Source: Poseidonia sp.
GTDB lineage: Archaea; Thermoplasmatota; Poseidoniia; Poseidoniales; Poseidoniaceae
Reading direction: 5' to 3'
Assembly (NCBI GenBank): GCA_965661285.1
Contig: CBFIDD010000003.1
Location: 224,001-288,000, forward strand
DNA length: 64,000 nucleotides
Below, in pieces: positions 28,030 through 36,113 of the stretch (its first letter is position 1; each line of letters begins with the position of its first letter). Both the position numbers and the translations under genes were made by a program. The notes below the pieces were generated by a model. The model worked only from the letters and a program-made list of their open reading frames with translations. It was not told the DNA's origin and searched no databases.

Positions 28030-29166
28030 ATGGACACCACCGATTTGACGATGTTTCTCATCGTAAAATCAGGTCAGGGTGAGCGCACCCACGGGCTGTT
28101 GAAAGACGCCGGTTGGCTCAATTCTGGGATTGAGCCCCGCCGGGACGAGAACGGCAACATCGGCTTCCCACTGACGCCCAACTGCCCGCTGGACGGCATG
28201 GAACACTGGCTTCGGGACGAGGCCTCCATCATCGGTTCCGTCGAGCCTCACCGAGGGGTCAAACGACCTTCGGTTGACCCGCACGACCGCCTGGCATCAG
28301 CGATTCAAAGTTGGTTGGACGAACACGAGCTTGACCTGAGCACCGAGGAGTTGACGCCGCCCAAATGGGAAAAACTCGGGGCGCTGGTGCTCCTCCCTCG
28401 CACCACAACGACCACGGCCGCATGGGACAGCGTTCGTTGCCATCCCGACGCCAAAGGCCTGTGGAAGGCGATGGCAGATGCGTTGAACGTCACATCACTC
28501 GGTGTTCAAGCCCCCATCGCCGACGACACCTTTCGCTCCGCTCAAGTTGAGATGTTGCTCGGTTCCTCACACGTCAGGTTCACCGACCACGGTATGACCT
28601 ACACTTTTGATGCCGCCAAGGTCATGTTTTCCTCGGGCAACATCACCGAACGTCGTCGGATAGGGAGCCTTGACATGAAGGGCGAAGTGGTGGTCGACGC
28701 CTATGCTGGCGTTGGCTACTACACCTTCCCGATGCTCGTCCAAGGCGGTGCAGCCCACGTCCATGCCTGCGAAATCAACCCCGCATCCCTGGCCGGGCTG
28801 AGAGCCGGTGCGGAAGCCAACGGCATTGACGACCGCATGACCGTCCACGAAGGAGACAACGCCGTTTCGCTCTCCCATCTCGCCGGCATCGCCGACCGGT
28901 GTCATCTGGGGCTCTTACCGTCCAGTGAGGCCGTGTGGGAAGCGTGTTTCTTGGCCCTCAAAGCAACGGGTGGCACCCTTCACATTCACATGAACGTCGA
29001 AGAAGAACACATCGAAACGTGGGTGGACCAGACCGTTCAACGGTTTGAGGTGTTCAACGAACACCATCGTCGAGGCTTCGGTGTACGGCCGCTGCACGTT
29101 GAGCGCGTGAAGTGGTTTGCCCCCCGGGTTCGCCACGTGGTGTTGGACCTCAGTCTGCGTCCTTGA
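28030..29166 (+). CDS. tRNA wyosine-pathway aminocarboxypropyltransferase TYW2/Taw2-like (Met10+/Trm5 fold)
   Basis: KVMFSSGNITERRR, VVDAYAGVGYYTFP, HACEINP, GLLPSS, VKWFAP..RHVVLD. Confidence 0.8.
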   Translation: MDTTDLTMFLIVKSGQGERTHGLLKDAGWLNSGIEPRRDENGNIGFPLTPNCPLDGMEHWLRDEASIIGSVEPHRGVKRPSVDPHDRLASAIQSWLDEHELDLSTEELTPPKWEKLGALVLLPRTTTTTAAWDSVRCHPDAKGLWKAMADALNVTSLGVQAPIADDTFRSAQVEMLLGSSHVRFTDHGMTYTFDAAKVMFSSGNITERRRIGSLDMKGEVVVDAYAGVGYYTFPMLVQGGAAHVHACEINPASLAGLRAGAEANGIDDRMTVHEGDNAVSLSHLAGIADRCHLGLLPSSEAVWEACFLALKATGGTLHIHMNVEEEHIETWVDQTVQRFEVFNEHHRRGFGVRPLHVERVKWFAPRVRHVVLDLSLRP

Positions 29167-30175
29167 CCGGAGGCGCTGGCTGAACCAGTTCGCCGACCAT
29201 CACCATCTCACCTTCGAGAACGGCCGGCGCCTTTCCATCGCCCGGAAGTGAATCCTTGCTTTGTTGGGCATAAACGGCGTACGTGATGCCGACACCGACC
29301 AACACCAATACAAGCGGGAGACCAACGACAAGGACGGCATCCTGCAACCATGTGTTCTCGCTTTGCGCTTCAACGACCGGGTTGCGGATCGTGCCGTCAG
29401 GGTCGGCCACGCCAATCATGTCCATCGAGAGAATACGGACCTCGATCAACGGCCGTCCGCCTGAGGCAAACGGGTTGTCGAGATCGGTGCCCGTTGGTTC
29501 ATCGCTCGTGGGCACGTCGGCGATGGCACGGATGTGCGTCATCCCGTGGCGGACGATACCAAACGTGGCGTAGCCCTCGTCATCCCGGTTTTCAGGGTCG
29601 AGCCCGTGGGCTTCCGTCTCGGCGATGTACCATTGCGAGTCGGCTGAATCCGGGTCGGCGCTCCGGGCCATGCCGATAGCGCCGTCCACGTGGGAGAGGT
29701 TTTCATCGTGCTCAAGCGGAATGGTTTCTCCCGTTCCACCGCTGCCGCATGAAGGGCTGGTGGTGGGGTAGACGCCGATGGTCTTGCAGGTTGGGTCGCC
29801 GGATTGGGTGACAAAATCGTTGATGACCCGATGGAAAAACACACCGTCGTAGAGTCCTGACTCGACATGAGCAATCATGTTGTTCGTGGTGATGGGCGCC
29901 CATTGTTCGAACAATTCGATGATGACCGTGCCCTCTTCTCGTGCCGACGTCCACCCTGACTGGTACGAGACGTTCATTGAGATGACGGCGTTGCCCGTGT
30001 AGGAATCCATCATCGGCGAATCCTCTGCCTCGGGGCGATCGGTCCATTCGGCGGGGTCAAGACCGACGCTGCGCCATGCCGGTGCTTCGTCCTCAGCGGC
30101 GACGAGCACCGAGGTCGTCAAAGGCAGCAAAAGCATCAGCAGCACCACCGAGACGGTTCGATACTGGCGAGCCAT
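29150..30175 (-). CDS. Membrane-anchored cyclophilin-type peptidyl-prolyl isomerase
   Basis: APITTNN, YDGVFFHRVINDFVTQSGDP, GAIGMARSADPDSADSQWYI, YATFG; signal peptide and C-terminal TM. Confidence 0.9.
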   Translation of the reverse strand: MARQYRTVSVVLLMLLLPLTTSVLVAAEDEAPAWRSVGLDPAEWTDRPEAEDSPMMDSYTGNAVISMNVSYQSGWTSAREEGTVIIELFEQWAPITTNNMIAHVESGLYDGVFFHRVINDFVTQSGDPTCKTIGVYPTTSPSCGSGGTGETIPLEHDENLSHVDGAIGMARSADPDSADSQWYIAETEAHGLDPENRDDEGYATFGIVRHGMTHIRAIADVPTSDEPTGTDLDNPFASGGRPLIEVRILSMDMIGVADPDGTIRNPVVEAQSENTWLQDAVLVVGLPLVLVLVGVGITYAVYAQQSKDSLPGDGKAPAVLEGEMVMVGELVQPAPPVKDAD

Positions 30176-30265
30176 GCTTCGGGATGGAGCCCACCCCCAT
30201 GAAAACACCGGCGGCAGGAGGCGAATGGGCATCAACACCAAAAAGGATGAATGGAAGCCATCGCC

Positions 30266-30637
30266 ATGGACGAAGAATCAACCTTCATGCCCGACCTAAC
30301 GCTTGGCTACGGACTTTTTCTGGTGGTCTGGGGCATCGCCGTTTCCGTACTCTCCGACTCGCAATCCATCACGTCCTACTTCCCGAGCATGCTCGGTGCC
30401 CCGCTGGTTGTTTCTGGATGGATGGCCAAATCCAACCCCGAGAAACGAAAGTTGTGGATGCACATTGCCGTCACCTTCGGTTTACTCTGCGCACTTGGAG
30501 GCACCCGGTTCTTCATGGTCATGGGTGACGGCCTTGACTACGCCAGCGGTTCGATGCTGATGCTCTTCCTAAGCGGTTCGGCCTACACGGGCCTGTGCGT
30601 TCGCTCCTTCATCCAAGCCCGCAAGGCAAGCGAGTGA
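30266..30637 (+). CDS. Small 4-TM membrane protein
   Basis: Four hydrophobic segments, RKLWMHIAV, VRSFIQARK; start 30251 or 30266. Confidence 0.7.
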   Translation: MDEESTFMPDLTLGYGLFLVVWGIAVSVLSDSQSITSYFPSMLGAPLVVSGWMAKSNPEKRKLWMHIAVTFGLLCALGGTRFFMVMGDGLDYASGSMLMLFLSGSAYTGLCVRSFIQARKASE

Positions 30638-30675
30638 AGCGTCATCCTCTTGATAGGGGGAAGCCTCGTCGTAGC

Positions 30676-32541
30676 ATGGCCGAGAAGGACGATGTTCTCG
30701 AGGTCGACCTCATCCCTGCTGAGGGAACAGCGCAACGCCAACTCAACCTCTCGGCTGGAGCAACGGTCGCCTTCTCCATCGTGTTTCTTCTGCTCGCCAT
30801 GACCATCGGGTCCTCGGTCAATCAGGCGATGGAAGAATCCACGGACTACGCAACCGAATGGTGGAACACGCCGCTTCATCTCCGCCACACCATGGATTTG
30901 CCCATGGACACCTTGCGCGCCCAACTTCCCGAAAACGGCACCTACGAAGCCTTGCCATACGAGGAACATTTCGTCGAAGTTGACCTTCCTGCCAGCGAAC
31001 AAGACGCCGGTTTCCCCGGTGATGCGTTGATGCACGTTGCGCTTTGGCTGCCCGATGTGCCCGAGGGAACGAAGATTCCGGTCATCATGACCATTCACCC
31101 GTACTACGACTTTGGCGGCGAAGGTGTGGCGGGCGACGATTCCTCCCCCAACACGGTGCCCGACGGTGGCGTGGGCAAGTGGGTCTACGACACCTTTGTG
31201 CCCCACGGGTATGCGTTGGCTCAAGCCTCGACCTTCGGAACAGGTCAGTCAACCCACTGCCAGGACGTCAAGGGACTCGGCGAACAAACCGGGATTCAAG
31301 CTGTCGTCGACTGGCTTGGCGAACAGGAATGGTCCAACGGCAATGTCGGCTTGATGGGGAAGTCGTACGCGGGCACCACCAACTGGGAAGCCGCCCAACA
31401 ACCCTCGCCCTACCTCAAGACCATCGTCCCGATTTCAGGCTCCATCGGGGTGCAAGAAATGTTCTATAGAAACGGCTCCTCTGAGACGAGAGCCATGCTT
31501 TATGACGCACTTTACGAAGGTGCCACCGCCGATGCGACCACCGACGATATGCGCATGTGCACCGACGATGTCATCGGCCCGCTCAACCCCCTGACCACCT
31601 GGGCTGGGGCTGAATTTGGCGGTGCAGAGTGGAACGATTACTGGGACGAGCGACGTCACCTCCCTGACGTGCTCGCCAACTACGAAGGCAGCGTCTACTT
31701 GGTCTGGGGGATGCAGGACTGGAACGTCGATCCCTACCACGCCTTCCCGACCTACCAACTCATGACCGACGCGGGCATCAACGCCCGGGCCATCGCAGGT
31801 CAGTGGGCGCACAACTATCCCGACCAGCCGGACCGCCACAGCGAAATGGGCAGCGGCTATGGTGCAGAAGCCTACCCGAACATGAGTCGCATGGACTGGG
31901 CTGTGGAACTCTACGGCTGGTTCAACTACTACCTCAAGGACATCGGCGAAGAGCCTGAACCAATGGTGCAAATGCAAACCCACGACGGGAAGTGGCACGT
32001 TGAGGAAACATGGCCTCCCGAAGACATGACCTGGTGGCCCGTAGCGTTGGACAGCGTAGAAGGCAGCGGTGGGACGGTGAACACGAACAATCAACAGAGT
32101 TTCACGCTCCCTGCTTTGGAAGAGGACACCCACATCTCGGGCATGCCCACCCTTCACCTCTCTGTGAACACGTTGGCCTGCAACGGCGGGCAAGTCTTCG
32201 CCACCATGTATGCCGACGGACTGCGAGTGGGCCACGCAACGATGGACGTGCGCTACCGCGACGGGGGTTACGAAGCCAAGACCACCACGCCGTTTTCGGC
32301 CTACACCATGCTGATGGAATTCAATCCAATGGACGTTGACCTCAACGCCGGAGCCGTCATCGAGATCGTCTTGACCGAGACTGGAGAAGACTATCTCCCA
32401 AGCCCGTGTGCTGCCATCGGCATGAACGTGAACTTTGATGCGTCGTCCACCCTCAGTTTGCCGCTCATCGACCGCCCCGACGACGACGACCGCTGGTTCC
32501 TCGCCCCGCCGTGGTGGGAGCAGCAACCCATTCCCTCATGA
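30676..32541 (+). CDS. CocE/NonD family hydrolase (peptidase S15-like)
   Basis: PVIMTIHPY, WSNGNVGLMGKSYAGTT nucleophile motif, GMQDWNV, GQWAH; N-terminal TM. Confidence 0.88.
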   Translation: MAEKDDVLEVDLIPAEGTAQRQLNLSAGATVAFSIVFLLLAMTIGSSVNQAMEESTDYATEWWNTPLHLRHTMDLPMDTLRAQLPENGTYEALPYEEHFVEVDLPASEQDAGFPGDALMHVALWLPDVPEGTKIPVIMTIHPYYDFGGEGVAGDDSSPNTVPDGGVGKWVYDTFVPHGYALAQASTFGTGQSTHCQDVKGLGEQTGIQAVVDWLGEQEWSNGNVGLMGKSYAGTTNWEAAQQPSPYLKTIVPISGSIGVQEMFYRNGSSETRAMLYDALYEGATADATTDDMRMCTDDVIGPLNPLTTWAGAEFGGAEWNDYWDERRHLPDVLANYEGSVYLVWGMQDWNVDPYHAFPTYQLMTDAGINARAIAGQWAHNYPDQPDRHSEMGSGYGAEAYPNMSRMDWAVELYGWFNYYLKDIGEEPEPMVQMQTHDGKWHVEETWPPEDMTWWPVALDSVEGSGGTVNTNNQQSFTLPALEEDTHISGMPTLHLSVNTLACNGGQVFATMYADGLRVGHATMDVRYRDGGYEAKTTTPFSAYTMLMEFNPMDVDLNAGAVIEIVLTETGEDYLPSPCAAIGMNVNFDASSTLSLPLIDRPDDDDRWFLAPPWWEQQPIPS

Positions 32542-32550
32542 GGCCAAGGC

Positions 32551-32934
32551 ATGCGCGTGCTGGCCTTTGAAGATCATTATGACATCGAAGCCATCCTCGT
32601 CGCTGGAGGGGTGAACACCGAGGACCTCGTGATCGAACAGCGTTGGAACTCGTCCGACGCCCTCGACCACATCAGGCGATTCCAACCCGATGTCCTCTTG
32701 CTCGACCACTACATGCCGCCGCAAAGCGGCCATGAGGTGCTTGAGGCGCTGTTGGCTTCGCAGATACCTCGGCCGACCACCATCGTGGCGATGTCCAGTG
32801 CGGCCTCCAAAAACGACGCCATGGTGAGGCTTGGTGCTGACATCGGCGTCGTCAAATTTGATGTGGCGGGGCTGGCCCTGTGGCACGATGTGACCACGTC
32901 CGGCGAGGGCGTTGTTCAGAACGATCAGGAGTGA
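32551..32934 (+). CDS. Stand-alone response regulator receiver protein
   Basis: MRVLAFED, PDVLLLDHYMP..SG.E, IVAMSS, GAD...VK. Confidence 0.82.
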   Translation: MRVLAFEDHYDIEAILVAGGVNTEDLVIEQRWNSSDALDHIRRFQPDVLLLDHYMPPQSGHEVLEALLASQIPRPTTIVAMSSAASKNDAMVRLGADIGVVKFDVAGLALWHDVTTSGEGVVQNDQE

Positions 32935-32943
32935 GGTGCACCC

Positions 32944-33879
32944 ATGGAACAAGCATCCACGACCGAGGGACCGGACAGAACCTTCGTCTCCTTGCTGTGT
33001 GCGTTGACGATCACATTGCTTTCCGTGGCCTTCTTTTTCGTGTTTGAACTGAGCGAAATGATCGCTGAATCGGGTCGGTCGTTTCAGACCTCGGCGCTGC
33101 CCATGGCACTCGTTGGAGTGTTCAGGTATGCCTGTGCCTACCTTGCCTTCCACACCGTCGTGTTCTGGATGATTCGAAACCCGGAACCGGGCCGTATGTT
33201 TGTCGTGCTTCATGAAACGAGTGAAGAAGCCATGATTCACACCACAGGGTTTGAGCGAATCGGCACGTTCAGCAGCTGGACGTTGATGGTGTTTGGAACG
33301 GCTTTTTTTGTCGCAGGCACGGCCACCTGGATGACCGTGTTCAACATCGAAATTCCTGCATTGCTGGACACGTTGACCGTCGTCCTGATGCCCATCGCTT
33401 ACGGTGCAGCCTTCATCACGGCCACGGTCGTTCGATACGTGATCATCCCCGAAGAAATCGCACAGCAGCGACCGTTCGGCACGTTCTTCAAAAATTACGA
33501 ACTCGTGATGCACAACTACACCGCGATTTTCCTCGCCGTTGACTTGTGGTTGGTCCAAGCACACCTCAACTGGGAATTCGGAATTTTTCCCGTTTACTTT
33601 GGCATCGTCTACGTGTTGTTTTCCTACGTCTACGCACGGCTGTCGCGAGGGTATTACATCTACTCGTTCCTTGACCCCCGAATCAACATGGCTCCAGTGT
33701 ACTTGTTGGCGCTTCTGTTCGCTTGCTGCCTGTTCTACTTCGGCTTGTGGGGCATGAGCCTGCTCATCCGGTGGAATGCGCTTCTGGGTGGGCTGGCGTT
33801 GGCGTTTTGGGTCAGCAGAATCGTCCTGTTCCGGCGGCAGGTGAAGGACAACCCGTATGCCTTTCAAACCTCATCGTGA
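32944..33879 (+). CDS. Multi-pass membrane protein, FAR-17a/AIG1-like (Pr6Pr-like)
   Basis: About 8 TM segments; FSSWT, LVMHN and YIYSFLD resemble AIG1/ADTRP-family motifs. Confidence 0.55.
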   Translation: MEQASTTEGPDRTFVSLLCALTITLLSVAFFFVFELSEMIAESGRSFQTSALPMALVGVFRYACAYLAFHTVVFWMIRNPEPGRMFVVLHETSEEAMIHTTGFERIGTFSSWTLMVFGTAFFVAGTATWMTVFNIEIPALLDTLTVVLMPIAYGAAFITATVVRYVIIPEEIAQQRPFGTFFKNYELVMHNYTAIFLAVDLWLVQAHLNWEFGIFPVYFGIVYVLFSYVYARLSRGYYIYSFLDPRINMAPVYLLALLFACCLFYFGLWGMSLLIRWNALLGGLALAFWVSRIVLFRRQVKDNPYAFQTSS

Positions 33880-34029
33880 ACTACGGATGGGGGAACGTTT
33901 CGAGCTCGTAACGACGCATCATGCGCTTTAGAGACACCACTCAGCCTCCGACCTCTGGTCCGCTTGATGCAGCGGTTTCATTCTCCTACGTCGGCGTGCC
34001 GAATGCGCTTGCGCATGTGGAGGGTTTTC

Positions 34030-34758
34030 TCATTCTTCGTCGTAGGGCTGCCACTCGGTTTGACCTTCTTCTCGGTACCACCAGTAGCCGTCCTCGTCCT
34101 CGAACCATTCCACACCGTCTTCGTCGATGGAATAGTTGCCGTCGTTCTCCTCATCTTCAAGCTCCTCCTCTTCGGGCTGAGCGGCGGGGTTGGCCATGCC
34201 GGTTTCCTCGGCAATGCGGCGCTTGGCGTCGTCAACGTCTTCCTCAGCACCACCGAAGACACGGTTGGACGTCCGGATCTTGGCTTCGTGGTCGCCTTGG
34301 CGGATGGCGTTGTCCGACTCTTCGTAGAATTCATCCGTCATCCGCTCGCGGAACTCCTCAAATTCTTCTCGGCCGAAACTGCCGGTGAATTCATCGCCCT
34401 TGGCTTTCATCAAATCATCGAGGTTGGCTCGCTTTTCCCGCTTGAGCTCAGGAGCGTTGGGGACTTCGCCATCGTAAAACTCGTCTTCATCCGAACCAAG
34501 TTTACCGAACACTCGCCCCTCGGGGTCCACCTCTTCAATGGCTTCGATGACAAGGTCGTGCTCCTCCTCGTCGATGCTTTCCTCTTCGTAGGCATCGCCA
34601 GCCTGATCGACCATGGCCTCGAGTTGGTTGGCCAATTCGTCATCGTCCTCGTCGTACTGGTCAACGAGTTTGTCGATTTGCTTCAGCAGGCGCTCGTAAG
34701 GTGTGCCGGTGATGGCCCCGAGGAACCGACCAAACCCACCCTTTTTCTTCTTCGCCAT
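34030..34758 (-). CDS. Highly acidic hypothetical protein with Trp-rich C-terminal motif
   Basis: Start MAKKKKGGFG (34758); ends DEDGVEWFEDEDGYWWYREEGQTEWQPY. Confidence 0.75.
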   Translation of the reverse strand: MAKKKKGGFGRFLGAITGTPYERLLKQIDKLVDQYDEDDDELANQLEAMVDQAGDAYEEESIDEEEHDLVIEAIEEVDPEGRVFGKLGSDEDEFYDGEVPNAPELKREKRANLDDLMKAKGDEFTGSFGREEFEEFRERMTDEFYEESDNAIRQGDHEAKIRTSNRVFGGAEEDVDDAKRRIAEETGMANPAAQPEEEELEDEENDGNYSIDEDGVEWFEDEDGYWWYREEGQTEWQPYDEE

Positions 34759-34834
34759 GGTGCGACACAGGAGGGACACTTCTTCAAAGATTGTCCTTCG
34801 CGGGTCTTTTGATAGGCGGGGTCTTGGGAAAAAC

Positions 34835-35581
34835 ATGGTCGAGGCGTGGTTGGAGGACCTCATGACCTCCTACAACCGCGATTCTTACGCCCAACGCGCC
34901 GGCTACCTCGCCCAAGTTCACATGCCTGGAGAGGTGTTCCAGTCCCTCGTTTGGTGGGCGCTCCAAGCCCTTCCCGACGAAATTTTGGTCGGCATTGACA
35001 TCGACGCCGAGCGCCCCCACCGGGCGGAGGTGGAGTCGTATTTCGAAGGTGACGACGTCCACTCGCGGCTGTTTCAAGGCCAGGGCTACGTCATCAAGGA
35101 AGCCCACATCGTCAACCGTGGTGATTCCTATTCCGTTCACCACCTGCCCGAAGACTGGACCGACGACATGTTCTCGGCCGACCGCGGTTCTCGTGCGGGT
35201 CGTTTCACGCATTGGCTCCACACGCACCCAAACGCGCCGGCCATCCCCAGCGGTGCCGACGCCGATGCGGCGCAGGAAACCCAAGGCATCGACATGATCC
35301 TCGGGCTACGTTTCTCACCCGAAGGCCCGCTGCCATGGTTCGACGACGTGGAGGGCACCCGGCGCACCCTGAAATCCAGCGAGGAAAAGAAACCGCGCAA
35401 ACGCTCTTTCTTCGCACGTCACGCCCTTCCGGTGCTCGGTCGAGCACCCAGCGGCCACGCCATTCACGAAATCCAGCTCATCGGCTTCCACAAATCCGGC
35501 GTGGGCGTCAACATCGTCTTCGTTGACGACGAGGGCTTGCCTTACGGTTGGGACAAAGCCGCTGCTCAACTGCTGGCTTGA
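34835..35581 (+). CDS. JAMM/MPN+ metalloisopeptidase-like protein
   Basis: LPDEILVG (Glu) and WLHTHPNAPAIPSGAD match the JAMM motif E-xn-HxH-x7-S-x2-D. Confidence 0.78.
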   Translation: MVEAWLEDLMTSYNRDSYAQRAGYLAQVHMPGEVFQSLVWWALQALPDEILVGIDIDAERPHRAEVESYFEGDDVHSRLFQGQGYVIKEAHIVNRGDSYSVHHLPEDWTDDMFSADRGSRAGRFTHWLHTHPNAPAIPSGADADAAQETQGIDMILGLRFSPEGPLPWFDDVEGTRRTLKSSEEKKPRKRSFFARHALPVLGRAPSGHAIHEIQLIGFHKSGVGVNIVFVDDEGLPYGWDKAAAQLLA

Positions 35582-36066
35582 ACCGCCACGAGCGCAGCAT
35601 GCAGGCCCTCGAGTCGTTCCGGATTCACGCCCAAATCGCTGTAGCCTAACCTCGACGACGAGTACAGGGCGATGACCGTGTCCTCGCCCACCGGCTCAAA
35701 CTGAACCACGACGTCATCGGGGAAGCGCCAAAAGGGCGTGATGGCCACGGCGTGAGCAAAGTGAACACCGTCGTCCTCGATGTCTTCGAGCACCTCGTTG
35801 AGGCCTTCGTCATCAACCCACGTGGCCCACGCTCCCCACACTTCGGAGACGTTGGCTTCCACGGTGGTCAGCAAGGCAGCGTCCATGCGGTAGGTGCCGG
35901 AGGAGGAAAGCGAGGCGCAGTTCATCATGTTGTCCGGGCACGTGGGCATGCTCGTGTGGGTGACCGGCCGGGCGTCGACAAGAATCCATCCCTGGACCAC
36001 GAGCCACGGGGAGAGCACCAGCAGGACGGTGATGATGACCGTTCGACGGCGGCTGCGCTCGGCCAT
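35566..36066 (-). CDS. DUF1499-family protein
   Basis: CP...NC.S, TPFWRFPDDV, SSSRLGYSDLGVN.ERL. Confidence 0.85.
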   Translation of the reverse strand: MAERSRRRTVIITVLLVLSPWLVVQGWILVDARPVTHTSMPTCPDNMMNCASLSSSGTYRMDAALLTTVEANVSEVWGAWATWVDDEGLNEVLEDIEDDGVHFAHAVAITPFWRFPDDVVVQFEPVGEDTVIALYSSSRLGYSDLGVNPERLEGLHAALVAVQASS

Positions 36067-36113
36067 GCTTCGTTAGGAAGCGATGTTGTTTTTGAACATC
36101 CGTATGTGAACCA

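Noticed and set aside
31435-33867. 363-aa and 443-aa minus-strand ORFs
   Set aside because: Antisense to the CocE, REC and membrane-protein genes, which carry clear family motifs.
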